Origin: Armatimonadota bacterium | GTDB taxonomy: Bacteria > Armatimonadota > UBA5829 > DSUL01 | NCBI GenBank assembly: GCA_039811685.1 | Contig: JBDHZC010000001.1 | Location: forward strand, 512,001 to 576,000 | Direction: 5' to 3' | Length of the DNA stretch: 64,000 nucleotides | Shown here: positions 53,864-64,000 of the stretch, piece after piece | How the letters are laid out: each line of letters begins with the position of its first letter | Position numbering within the stretch: the first letter of the stretch is position 1 | Program-made: the position numbers and the translations under genes | Notes under the pieces: model-generated | Told to the model about the DNA's origin: nothing | Seen by the model: the letters and a program-made list of their open reading frames with translations, nothing else | Database searches by the model: none

Positions 53864-54846
53864 CCGCTGGCGGTCGCTTCTGCGGCTACGTTCTCCGTCC
53901 ATTGTCCCATCGCACGGAACTTCTGATAGCGCAGTTCGAGAAGTTCATCGAGATTCACAGACGCGATTTCATCCAGAGCGTCTATGAGTGCGCGCCTGAG
54001 AGCTTGTGAGGCTGCTTCCGGATCCCGGTGAGCGCCACCAAATGGCTCCTCGATAATGCTGTCAATCAGTCCCAGATCAAGCGCGCCCTGAGCGGTCAGG
54101 CGGAGAGCTTCGGCTGCGTCAACTTTTCGATCCGGCGCGCGCCACAAAATGGCCGCGCAACCTTCTGGCGGAATGACCGAGTAGATAGCGTGCTGCATCA
54201 TCAGAACGCGGTCACCCACGCCTATGCCAAGCGCTCCCCCACTGCCGCCTTCTCCGACAACTGCAACGACAATGGGCGCCCGGATCCGAAACATCTCCAT
54301 CAGGTTGTAAGCCAGCGCTTCACTGATGCCGCGCTCTTCCGCCTCAACACTGCAGTCCGCCGCTGGCGTATCAATTATGGCTACGATCGGCTTGCTCAAC
54401 TTGTCAGCTAGCTGCATCAAACGCAGCGCCTTGCGGTAGCCTTCTGGCCGCGCTGAGCCAAAATTGCGCAGAGCGCGCTCTTTTATGTCCCGTCCCTTTT
54501 GCTGACCGAAAGTGACTACTGGATAACCTCCGATCCAGCCAAATCCTCCGACCATTGCGGGGTCATCTCCAAAGCGACGGTCCCCGTGAAGCTCGACAAA
54601 GTCGTCGAAAGCGCTGTTGAGGTAATCCAGAGTGTACGGACGCCTGGGGTGACGAGCCAGACGCACCTGATCCCACGGGGAGAGATGACCGAACAACAAT
54701 TCAATGAGGCGGTCTCGCTCCTTTTCAATCGAGGCGAGCTCCTGGGTTCTGTCTTCGCCCTGCTGCAGGCTGCGCTGGCGCAACTCTGCTATATCAGCAT
54801 CCAGCCTGTCGATCAGTTCGATAAAATCTGTGTGCTCATCTGCCAA
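53860..54846 (-). CDS. accA: Acetyl-CoA carboxylase carboxyltransferase alpha
   Basis: ARHPRRP, ELHGDR, PEGYRKALR, GEGGSGGALG. Confidence 0.97.
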   Translation of the reverse strand: MADEHTDFIELIDRLDADIAELRQRSLQQGEDRTQELASIEKERDRLIELLFGHLSPWDQVRLARHPRRPYTLDYLNSAFDDFVELHGDRRFGDDPAMVGGFGWIGGYPVVTFGQQKGRDIKERALRNFGSARPEGYRKALRLMQLADKLSKPIVAIIDTPAADCSVEAEERGISEALAYNLMEMFRIRAPIVVAVVGEGGSGGALGIGVGDRVLMMQHAIYSVIPPEGCAAILWRAPDRKVDAAEALRLTAQGALDLGLIDSIIEEPFGGAHRDPEAASQALRRALIDALDEIASVNLDELLELRYQKFRAMGQWTENVAAEATASG

Positions 54847-55687
54847 CAGGCACCTCCGAAGTTGACCATTTCAGAATCTTGCCGAGAGTATCGCGCAACT
54901 CGCGTCTGGGGACGATCATATCAATCATCCCGTGCTCCAGTTGAAACTCCGCCCGCTGGAAGTTTGCCGGGACCTTTGCGACCTGAGCCTGTGCCGCAAC
55001 CCGCTGCCCGGCAAGTCCCACCAGCGCCTTAGGTTCACTGATGATGATATCCCCAATGGAAGCGTAGCTCGCATGCACTCCAGCCATCGTCGGATCTGTG
55101 AATACGACAATGTAGGGCAGACCTGCACTTTTGAGACGCGCGCAGGCCGCGGCTGTCTTTGCCATCTGCATCAACGCCAGCAGTCCTTCGAACATTCGCG
55201 CTCCACCGCTGGCAGTGATCAAAACTACCGGCAGTCCAAGCTCCACCGCCCGTTCAATGGCGCGGACGATTTTTTCACCGGTCGCGCTGGCCATGCTGCC
55301 ACCGATGAATGCAAAATCCGCAATTCCGATGACCGTATCACACCCGCCAATCGCCGCCCGGCCCGTGACGATGCTTTCCTCCAGGCCTGTGTTTCGACGC
55401 CCCTTCTCCAGCTTACTTTCATAGTCCGGAAAGCCGAGTGGATCCACCGAGGTAACACCGCCATCAAACTCCACAAACGTACCAGAATCTACCGTGATGT
55501 CCAGGCGCTCTTGCCAGTTCAGACGGTAATGGTGACCGCAGCGCGGGCAGACTTTCAGATTTTTTTCCAGCTCTGGCGCAAACAGGATGGCCGAGCACTC
55601 CGGACACTTGGTCCAGAGCCCTTCGGGTACCTGCTCCAGGTTTTTCTGCGCCTGAGAGCGCCTGCCAAACCAGCCGTCTCTTGCCAT
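54836..55687 (-). CDS. accD: Acetyl-CoA carboxylase carboxyltransferase beta
   Basis: WTKCPEC..CPRC, GGSM, SGGARM.EG..LMQMAK. Confidence 0.97.
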   Translation of the reverse strand: MARDGWFGRRSQAQKNLEQVPEGLWTKCPECSAILFAPELEKNLKVCPRCGHHYRLNWQERLDITVDSGTFVEFDGGVTSVDPLGFPDYESKLEKGRRNTGLEESIVTGRAAIGGCDTVIGIADFAFIGGSMASATGEKIVRAIERAVELGLPVVLITASGGARMFEGLLALMQMAKTAAACARLKSAGLPYIVVFTDPTMAGVHASYASIGDIIISEPKALVGLAGQRVAAQAQVAKVPANFQRAEFQLEHGMIDMIVPRRELRDTLGKILKWSTSEVPVGR

Positions 55688-56062
55688 CGTCACTCCTGAC
55701 CAGTTGTGATTCGCCACTCAAAGCAGGCAACGAACCAGGTAACGTTACATACTAGCGCAAGCCACCAGCGTTTGCTTAACAATGCCGTGCCGCCAAAATC
55801 GTACAATTCAGCCTGGGGGTAGCACTCAAAGGATAAGACTCTTCATATGGTGAAGGAGGTTATGGGCTGCGACCGGTCAGGGACTTGCACAGATGGCAGT
55901 TGTCGCACGTTGCTCTGTTGAGTTCTCAGTTGCACTGGCTGGTTATTGTACTCGAGAGACGCCTGCTTTTTCAAGGGCGATGTGACTGTCACTGAACAGA
56001 TGAGCTCGCTATGCGCCCAGTGCGCCCGATTTATCCTCATATAGAAGGAATCACTGAACGAC

Positions 56063-57127
56063 TTGGACCTTAGTGACCTGCGCCTGCAGATAGATGATCT
56101 TGACAGGCAGATTGTGGAGTTGCTCAACCGCCGCGCGGCTATCGCTGTGGAGATAGGCAAACGCAAAGAAGCCGCGACCTCGGCAGTATTTGCGCCAGAC
56201 CGCGAGCGCCACGTTATTGAAAACGCGATTGGCAATAACGAGGGGCCGCTACCCGCGCAAAGCATCCGAAGCATCTACCGCGAGATTATCTCGAGTACCC
56301 GGGCGCTGGAGCAGCCAGTTGTCATTGCCTACTGGGGTCCACCTACAACCAACACGCATCTCGCCAGTATCTACAAGTTTGGAAGCGCCGCAACATTCGT
56401 TCCGCAGGACACGATTCCGGACGTTTTCGAGGAGGTGGAGCGTCAGGAAGCCGACTTTGGTGTGGTGCCCATCGAAAACTCAATAGAAGGCATTGTCAAT
56501 CATACGCTGGACATGTTCCTGCGCTCGGATCTGAAGATATGCGCCGAGATATACCTGCAGATATCCCATTGTCTCCTGTCCTCTGCTGACAACCTGGAAG
56601 ACGTGAAGAAGATCTATTCTAACCCGGTAGCTACGGGTCAGTGCCGTCGCTGGCTCAACAGCCGCATGCGAGGCGTTGAGATCGTCGCTGTCTCAACCAC
56701 TGCCCGCGCCGCTATGATTGCCAGAGACAACCCGGAAGCCGGCGCGATAGCCAACAGCCTGGCAGCCGAGGAGTACTCGCTCAATATACTGGCGAATCAC
56801 ATCGAGGACAATCCGGCGAACAAGACGCGCTTCCTGGCCATTGGAAGAATTCAGCCGAAGCCGAGCGGACGAGACAAGACGAGTATTGTAGTTTCTGTTC
56901 CCCACCGATCCGGCGCCTTGCTCACTGCTCTGGAAGTGTTTGCCAGACTTGAGCTCAATCTGACAATGATCGAAAGCCGGCCAACGAAGTTGCTGCCCTG
57001 GGAGTACGTCTTTTACATTGACGTTCAGGGACATCAAAGTGACGCGCAGATGGCTAAAGCGATTGAAAAACTGGGCGAGTGCGCGACCTTTGTCAAGGTC
57101 CTGGGCAGCTATCCTGAAGCTGATTGA
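56063..57127 (+). CDS. pheA: Chorismate mutase/prephenate dehydratase
   Basis: LRLQIDDLD, VPIENS.EG, NKTRF, IESRP, LGSYP. Confidence 0.96.
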   Translation: MDLSDLRLQIDDLDRQIVELLNRRAAIAVEIGKRKEAATSAVFAPDRERHVIENAIGNNEGPLPAQSIRSIYREIISSTRALEQPVVIAYWGPPTTNTHLASIYKFGSAATFVPQDTIPDVFEEVERQEADFGVVPIENSIEGIVNHTLDMFLRSDLKICAEIYLQISHCLLSSADNLEDVKKIYSNPVATGQCRRWLNSRMRGVEIVAVSTTARAAMIARDNPEAGAIANSLAAEEYSLNILANHIEDNPANKTRFLAIGRIQPKPSGRDKTSIVVSVPHRSGALLTALEVFARLELNLTMIESRPTKLLPWEYVFYIDVQGHQSDAQMAKAIEKLGECATFVKVLGSYPEAD

Positions 57128-58488
57128 TTGCCGGAGTCCTGCGGGGCGGATGACTGACTAACTGCCTGCGCGTCCTCGACTTCGGGTGAGTGCTCTGGTG
57201 AGCGTTCAATGAGTATCTGTGAAAGGCGGCGATCGTCTTTCTCTGTCACCGTCAGCACAAAGCCGTTGTATCGGACCGAATCTCCGATCTCGGGCTCTTT
57301 GCCGTGCAGGCCGAATACGAAACCGCCAATCGTCTCATACTCTCCCTCGGGCAGCCCGAGATCGAGATCTTCGTTCAAGTCGTCTATCGCCATACGCGCA
57401 TGAACCAGGATGCGCCCGTCTTCACCAACTACCACCAGTGGCTCTTCCTGATCGTACTCGTCCTGAATCTCTCCAACGATCTCTTCCAGAAGATCTTCGA
57501 CTGTCACCAGACCCGCGGTGCCTCCGAACTCATCGCGGACGATAGCCATCTGCTGCTTCTGTTCCCGAAAATCCTGAAGCAGATCGCTGACCATCTTGTT
57601 TTCGGGCACAAACATAGCCGGGCGCAGGATAGCATTGAGGTCAAAGTCTGCATCGCGCGTTTCGCGCAGAGCGCGCAGCAAATCCTTCGCATGAATAATA
57701 CCGGCAACAGTATCCACAGTGCCCTGATAGACTGGTATCCGGGAGTGGCCGTATTCCAGCACTGCATCGATAAGTTCCCCCAGCGGAGAATCGACGTCGC
57801 ACGCGCGCATGTCAACCCGGGGCACCATCACCTGGCGAACAAGCGTATCGTTGAACTCGAAGATGGAGTCGATCATATCGCGCTCCTCTTCTTCAATCGC
57901 GCCTTCGTCTTCCACAGCTTCTACCAGAATCTTCAGCTCTTCTTCGCTCCGTCCGGAAGCTCCAAGACGGCACGTAACTCCAAACGGCTTTACCAGCAGG
58001 TTCCCTCCCGCCTGAACAAGCCAGATTAGTGGGGACAGCCCTCGAGATACCCACGATAGGGCCTGAGTGCTTACGAGAGCAAATCTCTCTGCAGAAGCGG
58101 AGGCCAGAGCTCTGGGCGCAAGGTCCACGAAGACAGCCAGTCCAACCCCGGTGAGGACTGCCAGTATAACGAGCCCCAGAATGGCAGCTGAGGACGTGGG
58201 CAATCCGCTCAGGACAAACGCTGTCTGCAATCCAGGGAGAAACGACAGGACTATCAGCGCCGCAATAATCACATTGAGGACGAAGACGCCAATTTCTGCA
58301 GCGGCGCACAGCTTCGTTGAATCATCCAGAAGCTGTAGAACGCGTTTTGCTCTGGCGTTTCCGCGATCAACCAGCTCCCGCAGACGGGAACGCCGCACCG
58401 ACACGACTGCGCTTCCAGAGGCGCTCAGGAATGCCGCGACTATTACCAGCAGGACAATGACCAGAAGCCGACCCATCCAGAAGCTCAC
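57109..58488 (-). CDS. Hemolysin/CNNM-family protein (TM + CBS + CorC)
   Basis: VMVPRVD, HSRIPVY, DEFGGTAGLVTVEDLLEEIVGEIQDE. Confidence 0.93.
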   Translation of the reverse strand: MSFWMGRLLVIVLLVIVAAFLSASGSAVVSVRRSRLRELVDRGNARAKRVLQLLDDSTKLCAAAEIGVFVLNVIIAALIVLSFLPGLQTAFVLSGLPTSSAAILGLVILAVLTGVGLAVFVDLAPRALASASAERFALVSTQALSWVSRGLSPLIWLVQAGGNLLVKPFGVTCRLGASGRSEEELKILVEAVEDEGAIEEEERDMIDSIFEFNDTLVRQVMVPRVDMRACDVDSPLGELIDAVLEYGHSRIPVYQGTVDTVAGIIHAKDLLRALRETRDADFDLNAILRPAMFVPENKMVSDLLQDFREQKQQMAIVRDEFGGTAGLVTVEDLLEEIVGEIQDEYDQEEPLVVVGEDGRILVHARMAIDDLNEDLDLGLPEGEYETIGGFVFGLHGKEPEIGDSVRYNGFVLTVTEKDDRRLSQILIERSPEHSPEVEDAQAVSQSSAPQDSGNQSASG

Positions 58489-58592
58489 TTTGAGCCTCCT
58501 TCACAGGCCGTACACTGTGAAGCAGGGCGACCTGCCGTCGCCGCAGACGCAGCGAAAACGCGCCTGTAAGGATCTAAGTCAGTTGCGTCCAT

Positions 58593-59294
58593 TTATCCGC
58601 GCAGCAGGTACACGGCCATACCCAGGCCCGTTCCCAGCAGTCCTCCCCACAGTACCTCCCGCAGAGTGTGGATTCCCGCATCCACACGGCTCTGCGCGAC
58701 AAGAACGGCCAGCAACACGGCGACCGCCCGTGCAATGTTGTTGGGTGAGACAAAAATGATAGTTGTCGCGAAGAAGAACCCAAGAGCAGTGTGGCCGCTT
58801 ACCACCCCGCCGCGCAGGAACGTCCCCTTACCACCCGACACTTTCTGCACAATAACAATGGCAAACAGAAGCAGCACACCAACGGCAGTTACCGTCAGCA
58901 CGTCCGGATTCCGAATGCCGAGATTCGTAGTGAAACTGCTCTTTGGGCGTCCACCCAGGAACAGTATAAACCCAATTGTCAGCGCATTCACCGTCGCCAT
59001 CAGCACGGCGCCAGCTGCGATGTCCTTTGCAAACTTGGCTAGAGGATGGTAGCTCTGTACGACAAGGTCTACAACGGCTTCAATGGCAGTGTTGAACATC
59101 TCCGCTATGAGAACAAGCGAGATTGTCAGAAGCAATACCATCGTCTCGCCCCGGTCCTGTTTGAACATCAAGCTCACCATCAGGACCAGAACGAGCATAA
59201 AGAAGTGAAAGCGCATGTGCTTCTGCGTCCGATAGACGTGAAGCACCCCTTCCGCAGCGTATTTGAAGTTGCCGAACGGATTGGCCAGCTTCAA
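58593..59294 (-). CDS. dgkA: Diacylglycerol/undecaprenol kinase fused to a PAP2-like domain
   Basis: EMFNTAIEAVVD, AKDIAAGAV, SGHT, QSRVDAGIH. Confidence 0.88.
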   Translation of the reverse strand: MKLANPFGNFKYAAEGVLHVYRTQKHMRFHFFMLVLVLMVSLMFKQDRGETMVLLLTISLVLIAEMFNTAIEAVVDLVVQSYHPLAKFAKDIAAGAVLMATVNALTIGFILFLGGRPKSSFTTNLGIRNPDVLTVTAVGVLLLFAIVIVQKVSGGKGTFLRGGVVSGHTALGFFFATTIIFVSPNNIARAVAVLLAVLVAQSRVDAGIHTLREVLWGGLLGTGLGMAVYLLRG

Positions 59295-59782
59295 CGCACA
59301 GTCGAGCTCCTGGGACCACTGGCCCGAAACGCCTCCGGAACGTAGTGACGCTCTTTGGCTCTCATCTCTTTTCGAGCGACTTCCTCAATGTCGTCATACC
59401 CGAGGAGATGCAATGCGCCATGCACCACCAGCAGAGTTAGTTCAATTTCCAGAGAGTGGCCATGGTCATCGGCCTGACGCTGCGCTGTATCCACACTGAC
59501 CGCAATGTCTCCGAGACACCCATGTCTGAGACCCTTGTTGGTGTGAGGATTGTCAAGAGGAAAGGACATGACGTCCGTCGGGCCATCGAGACCCATCCAG
59601 CGATTGTGCAGGACACTCATCTCTCCGTCGTCCGTCAGCAGAACCGACACCTCCCACCCCTCCGGCGCTCCCTCCGAGCGCAGAACGTGGCGAAGTGTGC
59701 GTGTGAGCGAATCTAAAGAAAAACCCGAAGGCGCTTCCCCTGTGATTGAGACATTCATGGGAGCAACGACAGACGCCGACAT
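59291..59782 (-). CDS. ybeY: rRNA maturation endoribonuclease YbeY
   Basis: PTDVMSFP, LGDI, HGALHLLGYD; start uncertain (59782 or 59758). Confidence 0.92.
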   Translation of the reverse strand: MSASVVAPMNVSITGEAPSGFSLDSLTRTLRHVLRSEGAPEGWEVSVLLTDDGEMSVLHNRWMGLDGPTDVMSFPLDNPHTNKGLRHGCLGDIAVSVDTAQRQADDHGHSLEIELTLLVVHGALHLLGYDDIEEVARKEMRAKERHYVPEAFRASGPRSSTVR

Positions 59783-60099
59783 GACAGTTGAGCCGAGCCA
59801 CCCGAGAGTGACTCCGGGACAACTCGACTCATCTGGTTCGCAGATTTGATGTGCAGCCGACAGAAGCGCCGGCCAGAGTGACTGTTCACGGTGGATGGCT
59901 GGAGAAAGATATGATGGATTGCCAGTGCGCCCATCAAACCCAGGCAAATCCTGCCTGCACGGATGAGCCATTCGTCCGTCCTGCAGCGATGAGAGTTGTA
60001 TCGAGCCGGACAGAATACCGACAGTGACCTCTGCTCTGGATATTGGTGAACAGAGACAAATGGCGCGGCTCTGAAACCGGCCACACCAGGTAGAACAGA

Positions 60100-60297
60100 T
60101 TAGTTGTTCATCTTGGCAGCTTCTTGCTTCATCTTGCGGCGCTTCGCAGCTGCTGTGCGGCGCTTTTTGTCGCTAGGCTTTTCGTAGTGTTCGTGAGCGC
60201 GGGCTTCCTTCAAAATGCCCGTAAGTTGAAGCTGCTTCTTGAAACGCTTGAGCGCGCTGTCCAAACTCTCATTTGGACGTACCTGGACTTGAGCCAA
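60100..60297 (-). CDS. rpsU: 30S ribosomal protein S21
   Basis: ESLDSALKRFK, YEKPS. Confidence 0.95.
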   Translation of the reverse strand: MAQVQVRPNESLDSALKRFKKQLQLTGILKEARAHEHYEKPSDKKRRTAAAKRRKMKQEAAKMNN

Positions 60298-60410
60298 ACA
60301 GTGATCCTCCGGAGACTAAACAGGTTGCGGTGCAAAGAACAAAAACGAGGTGTCGAGTCAGAGACTCCACTGCCGGCGCAATCGCTCACTCACCGCACAA
60401 AACATCGATT

Positions 60411-60439
60411 ATTATATCGGCCTGACGGCCTGATGTCAA
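60411..60439 (-). promoter_or_regulatory. Consensus sigma70 promoter of rpsU
   Basis: TTGACA-17 bp-TATAAT. Confidence 0.85.
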
Positions 60440-60581
60440 TATTTGGTCAGCGTCGAGCTTCACGGAGCGCTGAACAACTCTATTATGCCACCCGGGAGGG
60501 TGTTCCTTACGTATTTCGTGAGAAATGCATGACGAAGTGTGGAACGCGCGCAGTCTGCAACAACCTGCGCAGCCACCAGCG

Positions 60582-60932
60582 TCAGCCCGGAGGCCACTGC
60601 ATATTCCTTCCTCCCAGAAGATGCAAGTGAATATGCCATACGGATTGTCCAGCGCCTTCGTTGCAGTTCATCACCAGCCGGTAGCCGCCTTCGACTATAC
60701 CACGCTCAGCGGCGATTTGGTTCGCCGCAAGAGTGAGCTTGCCCAGAAGCAGCGCATCGGATTCCTTCGCATCCGATACCCGCGATATGTGTCGGCGCGG
60801 AATGACCAGGACATGGGTGGGCGCCTGAGGGTTCAAGTCCTCAAACGCGACGACATCAGAATCCTCATAAACGATCTGGGCGGGAATTTCTCCACGCGCT
60901 ATCTTGCAGAAGATACAATTATCTATACTCAT
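60582..60932 (-). CDS. hinT: Histidine triad nucleotide-binding protein
   Basis: CIFCKI, PQAPTHVLVIP, HIHLHLLGG. Confidence 0.95.
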   Translation of the reverse strand: MSIDNCIFCKIARGEIPAQIVYEDSDVVAFEDLNPQAPTHVLVIPRRHISRVSDAKESDALLLGKLTLAANQIAAERGIVEGGYRLVMNCNEGAGQSVWHIHLHLLGGRNMQWPPG

Positions 60933-60941
60933 ATTCTCAAA

Positions 60942-62234
60942 TTAAGACTGGCTTACTCTGTCCCCTGCGAGCTCGCCTTTCAACCCCGCGCTGGTTAAGC
61001 CGGTTATTCTGACATCCACCAGCTCTCCTCGCAACGCCGCGTCCCCTGAAAAGAGGACTTCTACATACCGGTCAGTCAGACCGCTGAGTTCACCCGAGCC
61101 TTTCTGTTGTTCGACAATCACTTTCTGAATTGTCCCAACATACTTGAAGCGATACTGCCGCCCTGTGGAGGACGTTAGTCTGATCAGCTCTCGTGTGCGC
61201 TCACGCGCAATTTCCACCGGGACCTGACCGGGCATTTCCGCACCTGGCGTGCCTTTGCGCGGCGAATACGTAAAGCAGTGACCGCGGCTGAAAGCGACAC
61301 GCTCCATCAAGGCGCGCGTGTTTTCAAAGGCTTCTTCCGTCTCTCCAGGAAATCCCGAAATCACATCAGTGGTGATAGCGACGTCAGGCAGCAGCTCACG
61401 CGCCTGTAGAACGACTTCCTCAAACTTTGCCGAAGTATAATGCCGCTTCATCCTGCGAAGTACGTCGTCGTCCCCACTCTGAAGAGCCAGATGAAGATGC
61501 GGACAGGCGTTAGCCGTCGAAGCCATCGCCGCAAGCAGTTCTGTTCCCACTTCGCTGGGGTAAAGAGAAGTCAGCCTGACACGCAACAGGCCATCTATAT
61601 CTCCGAGCCGCTTGATAAGCTCTACCAGACCGCGCCGCAGATATTTCTCGGGACGATACCCTGTGATACGCACTCCAGTGAGCACAATTTCCTTATGTCC
61701 CTGAGCTACATAAGTCCGAGCTTCCTCCAGCGCCTCTTCCAGTGGCTTACTGGATTCGACTGGCCGCGCGTTTGGCACAATACAAAAGCTGCAGCGAAAA
61801 TAGCAGCCATCGTGAATCTTGAGCAGCGCGCGAGTTCGACGCTGCCGGCCCGCCTGCTCAATTTCCGAGATAACCGCGGCGACGCCCGGCGCCGGAATCG
61901 GCACGATACCTTCAGCTTCCAGAGCTACGGCCTGAGCAAGGTCTTCAACCAACGTAACGTCCGGGCTTGGGAGCAAATCTTCCGCGTCAGTTCTCGCCGC
62001 ACACCCGGTTGCAATAACCGTACTCTGCGGATTCAGGTGTTGTGCATGGCGCAGCGCCTGTCGGCCATCACGAACCGCCGCTTTGGTGATGGAGCAGGTG
62101 TGGACTATCTGTATGTCCGCAGGCTCACCAAACTCAACAATCTCATGACCGGCAGCGCGGGCCTGCTGCGCTGCCATTTCCGCTTCGTACTGGTTGACCT
62201 TGCACCCGAGAGTGCAAATAGAAATTCTCGCCAA
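60942..62234 (-). CDS. mtaB: tRNA t6A37 methylthiotransferase
   Basis: TLGCKVNQYE, CYFRCSFC radical SAM motif, TRAM tail. Confidence 0.9.
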   Translation of the reverse strand: MARISICTLGCKVNQYEAEMAAQQARAAGHEIVEFGEPADIQIVHTCSITKAAVRDGRQALRHAQHLNPQSTVIATGCAARTDAEDLLPSPDVTLVEDLAQAVALEAEGIVPIPAPGVAAVISEIEQAGRQRRTRALLKIHDGCYFRCSFCIVPNARPVESSKPLEEALEEARTYVAQGHKEIVLTGVRITGYRPEKYLRRGLVELIKRLGDIDGLLRVRLTSLYPSEVGTELLAAMASTANACPHLHLALQSGDDDVLRRMKRHYTSAKFEEVVLQARELLPDVAITTDVISGFPGETEEAFENTRALMERVAFSRGHCFTYSPRKGTPGAEMPGQVPVEIARERTRELIRLTSSTGRQYRFKYVGTIQKVIVEQQKGSGELSGLTDRYVEVLFSGDAALRGELVDVRITGLTSAGLKGELAGDRVSQS

Positions 62235-62269
62235 ATGAATTGCTCCGTGTAAGTCCTGCCGGACGATCT

Positions 62270-62830
62270 CTAGGAGTTGAAGCTGTTCATCGCCCGTTCA
62301 ATTCCCTCTTGTATGGTCATGTTCAGGCAGTCTACTGACGCTTGCTGAATGTCCGCCACAGCTCGGGCTTCGCTCTTGTGAAAACGACCGAGAACGTGAT
62401 CAATGACGTCCTTTTGGTTTGTTCCGACCCCGACGCCAATGCGCAGGCGGGCAAAATCCTGAGAGCGCAGACAGTTGATGATAGACTCAAGCCCGTGGTG
62501 GCCGCCGGAGCTTCCGCGCGCACGAAGCCGCAAACGGCCGAGTTCCAGGTTGACATCGTCACAGACTACCAGAACACTCGCCGGATCAATCTTGGCGCGC
62601 AGGCAGATCTCACGGACGGCTTCCCCGGAAGAGTTCATAAAGGTCTGCGGCTTGGCGAGAATAAAGTCCTCGCCGTAGATTTTGACATCCGCTACAAGTG
62701 AGCGACACCACCGACGCCGCACGCGAGTGCCGTGCGCTCTGGCAAATAAGTCAACCACGTCAAAGCCGATGTTATGCCGAGTGTGGGCGTACCGGAGGCC
62801 TGGATTTCCCAGACCCACAATCAGTCTCAA
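62270..62830 (-). CDS. pth: Peptidyl-tRNA hydrolase
   Basis: GLGNPG, TRHNIG, KPQTFMN, GGHHG. Confidence 0.97.
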   Translation of the reverse strand: MRLIVGLGNPGLRYAHTRHNIGFDVVDLFARAHGTRVRRRWCRSLVADVKIYGEDFILAKPQTFMNSSGEAVREICLRAKIDPASVLVVCDDVNLELGRLRLRARGSSGGHHGLESIINCLRSQDFARLRIGVGVGTNQKDVIDHVLGRFHKSEARAVADIQQASVDCLNMTIQEGIERAMNSFNS

Positions 62831-63798
62831 TGCCCGCCGACCAGGGTGTACTCTTCAAACATCTCGCTGACTGAGCGGTCGTCGTGGATACGGCGAATGG
62901 CCTCCGCCAAAAGCGGCGCCACCGACAGTACTTCAATCTTGTTCCCGCGTTTGCGATCCGGCAGCGGTATGGTATCGGTCACGACGATCTTCTCAATGGG
63001 ACTGGCATGCAGGCGCTGCAATGCGTCGTCCGAGAACACAGCATGCGTACAGCAGGCGTACACTTCTCGCGCTCCCAGATCACAGATCGCCTGAGCCCCG
63101 GACGTGATAGAACCGGCGGTGTCGATTATGTCGTCGATCATGATGCAGATTCTGTCCTGCACATCGCCGATAATCTCTTTTACCTCTGTCTTGTTTGGCT
63201 CCGGGCGGCGCTTGGCGATGATCACAATCGGAGCGCCAAGAAGTTCCGCAAGCGCGCGAGCACGGGCGACCCCGCCAACGTCCGGTGAAACAACTGTTAT
63301 CGCGTCACTGTCACGCACCCGAGTTTTCACCCACTCCGCAATCAGAGGACCAGCCATAAGGTGATCGACAGGAAGGTCAAAGAAACCCTGGATCTGCCCC
63401 GCGTGCAGATCCACAGTGAGAATTCGGGACGCCCCCGCGAGCGTGATCATATCCGCAATCAGGCGCGCGGTCACAGGCTCGCGCGGTTTGATCTTCTTAT
63501 CCTGACGGGCATAGCCGTAGTAGGGGATCACGACTGTCACACGCCGGGCAGAGGCGCGATGGAAGGCATCCAGCATTATCAGCAACTCCATGATGGAGTC
63601 GTTAATCGGGTGGCAGGTGGGCTGAACGATAAAGCAGTCCATCCCACGCACGCTCTCTTCGACTTTGATAAGGATCTCTCCGTCAGCAAAGTGTGTGGCA
63701 ACCATGTTGCCCATTGTCACACCAAGCTGCCGCGCAATCTCCTGAGCAAGTACAGGATTCGCATTTCCGGTGAAGATTTTCAGCGTCGATAAATCCAT
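62827..63798 (-). CDS. prs: Ribose-phosphate pyrophosphokinase
   Basis: PYYGYARQD, DLHAGQIQGFF, VSPDVGG, DDIIDTAG. Confidence 0.98.
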   Translation of the reverse strand: MDLSTLKIFTGNANPVLAQEIARQLGVTMGNMVATHFADGEILIKVEESVRGMDCFIVQPTCHPINDSIMELLIMLDAFHRASARRVTVVIPYYGYARQDKKIKPREPVTARLIADMITLAGASRILTVDLHAGQIQGFFDLPVDHLMAGPLIAEWVKTRVRDSDAITVVSPDVGGVARARALAELLGAPIVIIAKRRPEPNKTEVKEIIGDVQDRICIMIDDIIDTAGSITSGAQAICDLGAREVYACCTHAVFSDDALQRLHASPIEKIVVTDTIPLPDRKRGNKIEVLSVAPLLAEAIRRIHDDRSVSEMFEEYTLVGGH

Positions 63799-63806
63799 AA
63801 TGTCCC

Positions 63807-64000
63807 CTACTGAGTCTCTCTACGGCGCTTCGCCCACCCCTCCTTGATGATGAGCTGCGGCCGGGAGATACCCAGTGCGTCTGGAGGAATATCCTTCGTT
63901 ATGACTGACCCGGAGCCCGTCAAAGCTCCATCGCCGACTTCCACCGGAGCATTCAAAATCGTATTGCTGCCGATGAACGCATTCGCTCCAATAGTAGTCC
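63807..64000 (-). CDS. glmU: GlmU C-terminal part (partial)
   Basis: [38 protein letters not shown]...KEGW; lies upstream of prs. Confidence 0.9.
   Translation of the reverse strand, partial: TTIGANAFIGSNTILNAPVEVGDGALTGSGSVITKDIPPDALGISRPQLIIKEGWAKRRRETQ

Overview
GC-rich bacterial chromosomal window, probably Armatimonadota (inferred from the prepilin/DUF1559-like gene, many Gfo/Idh/MocA and glycosidase genes, and a recurrent C-terminal domain). It is mostly housekeeping and carbohydrate genes: rnhA, zwf, gnd, FNR, nfnAB, groESL with two CIRCE boxes, accAD, pheA, ybeY, rpsU, mtaB, pth, prs, partial glmU, tRNA-fMet and tRNA-His. There are two small decayed accessory islands. The first (about 13.6-15.4 kb) lies at tRNA-fMet. 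It has a serine-recombinase-like C-terminal remnant reading into the tRNA and a DnaC-like phage replication remnant bracketed by ~39-bp direct repeats with a dif-like 11-6-11 layout. The second (about 33.6-35.6 kb) lies upstream of groES. It has a frameshifted RelE/BECR-like RNase gene followed directly by a compact predicted pseudoknot RNA, 9-bp tandem arrays, and small or broken ORFs. The most notable signal is that three unrelated secreted proteins (1136-2752, 15537-20315, 50712-52505) share a ~170-200 aa C-terminal domain (probably tandem OB folds) ending in an R-x-x-x-D motif, a candidate lineage-specific secretion or surface-anchoring signal. No CRISPR array or rRNA was seen. All family assignments come from visual motif recognition; no database searches were run.
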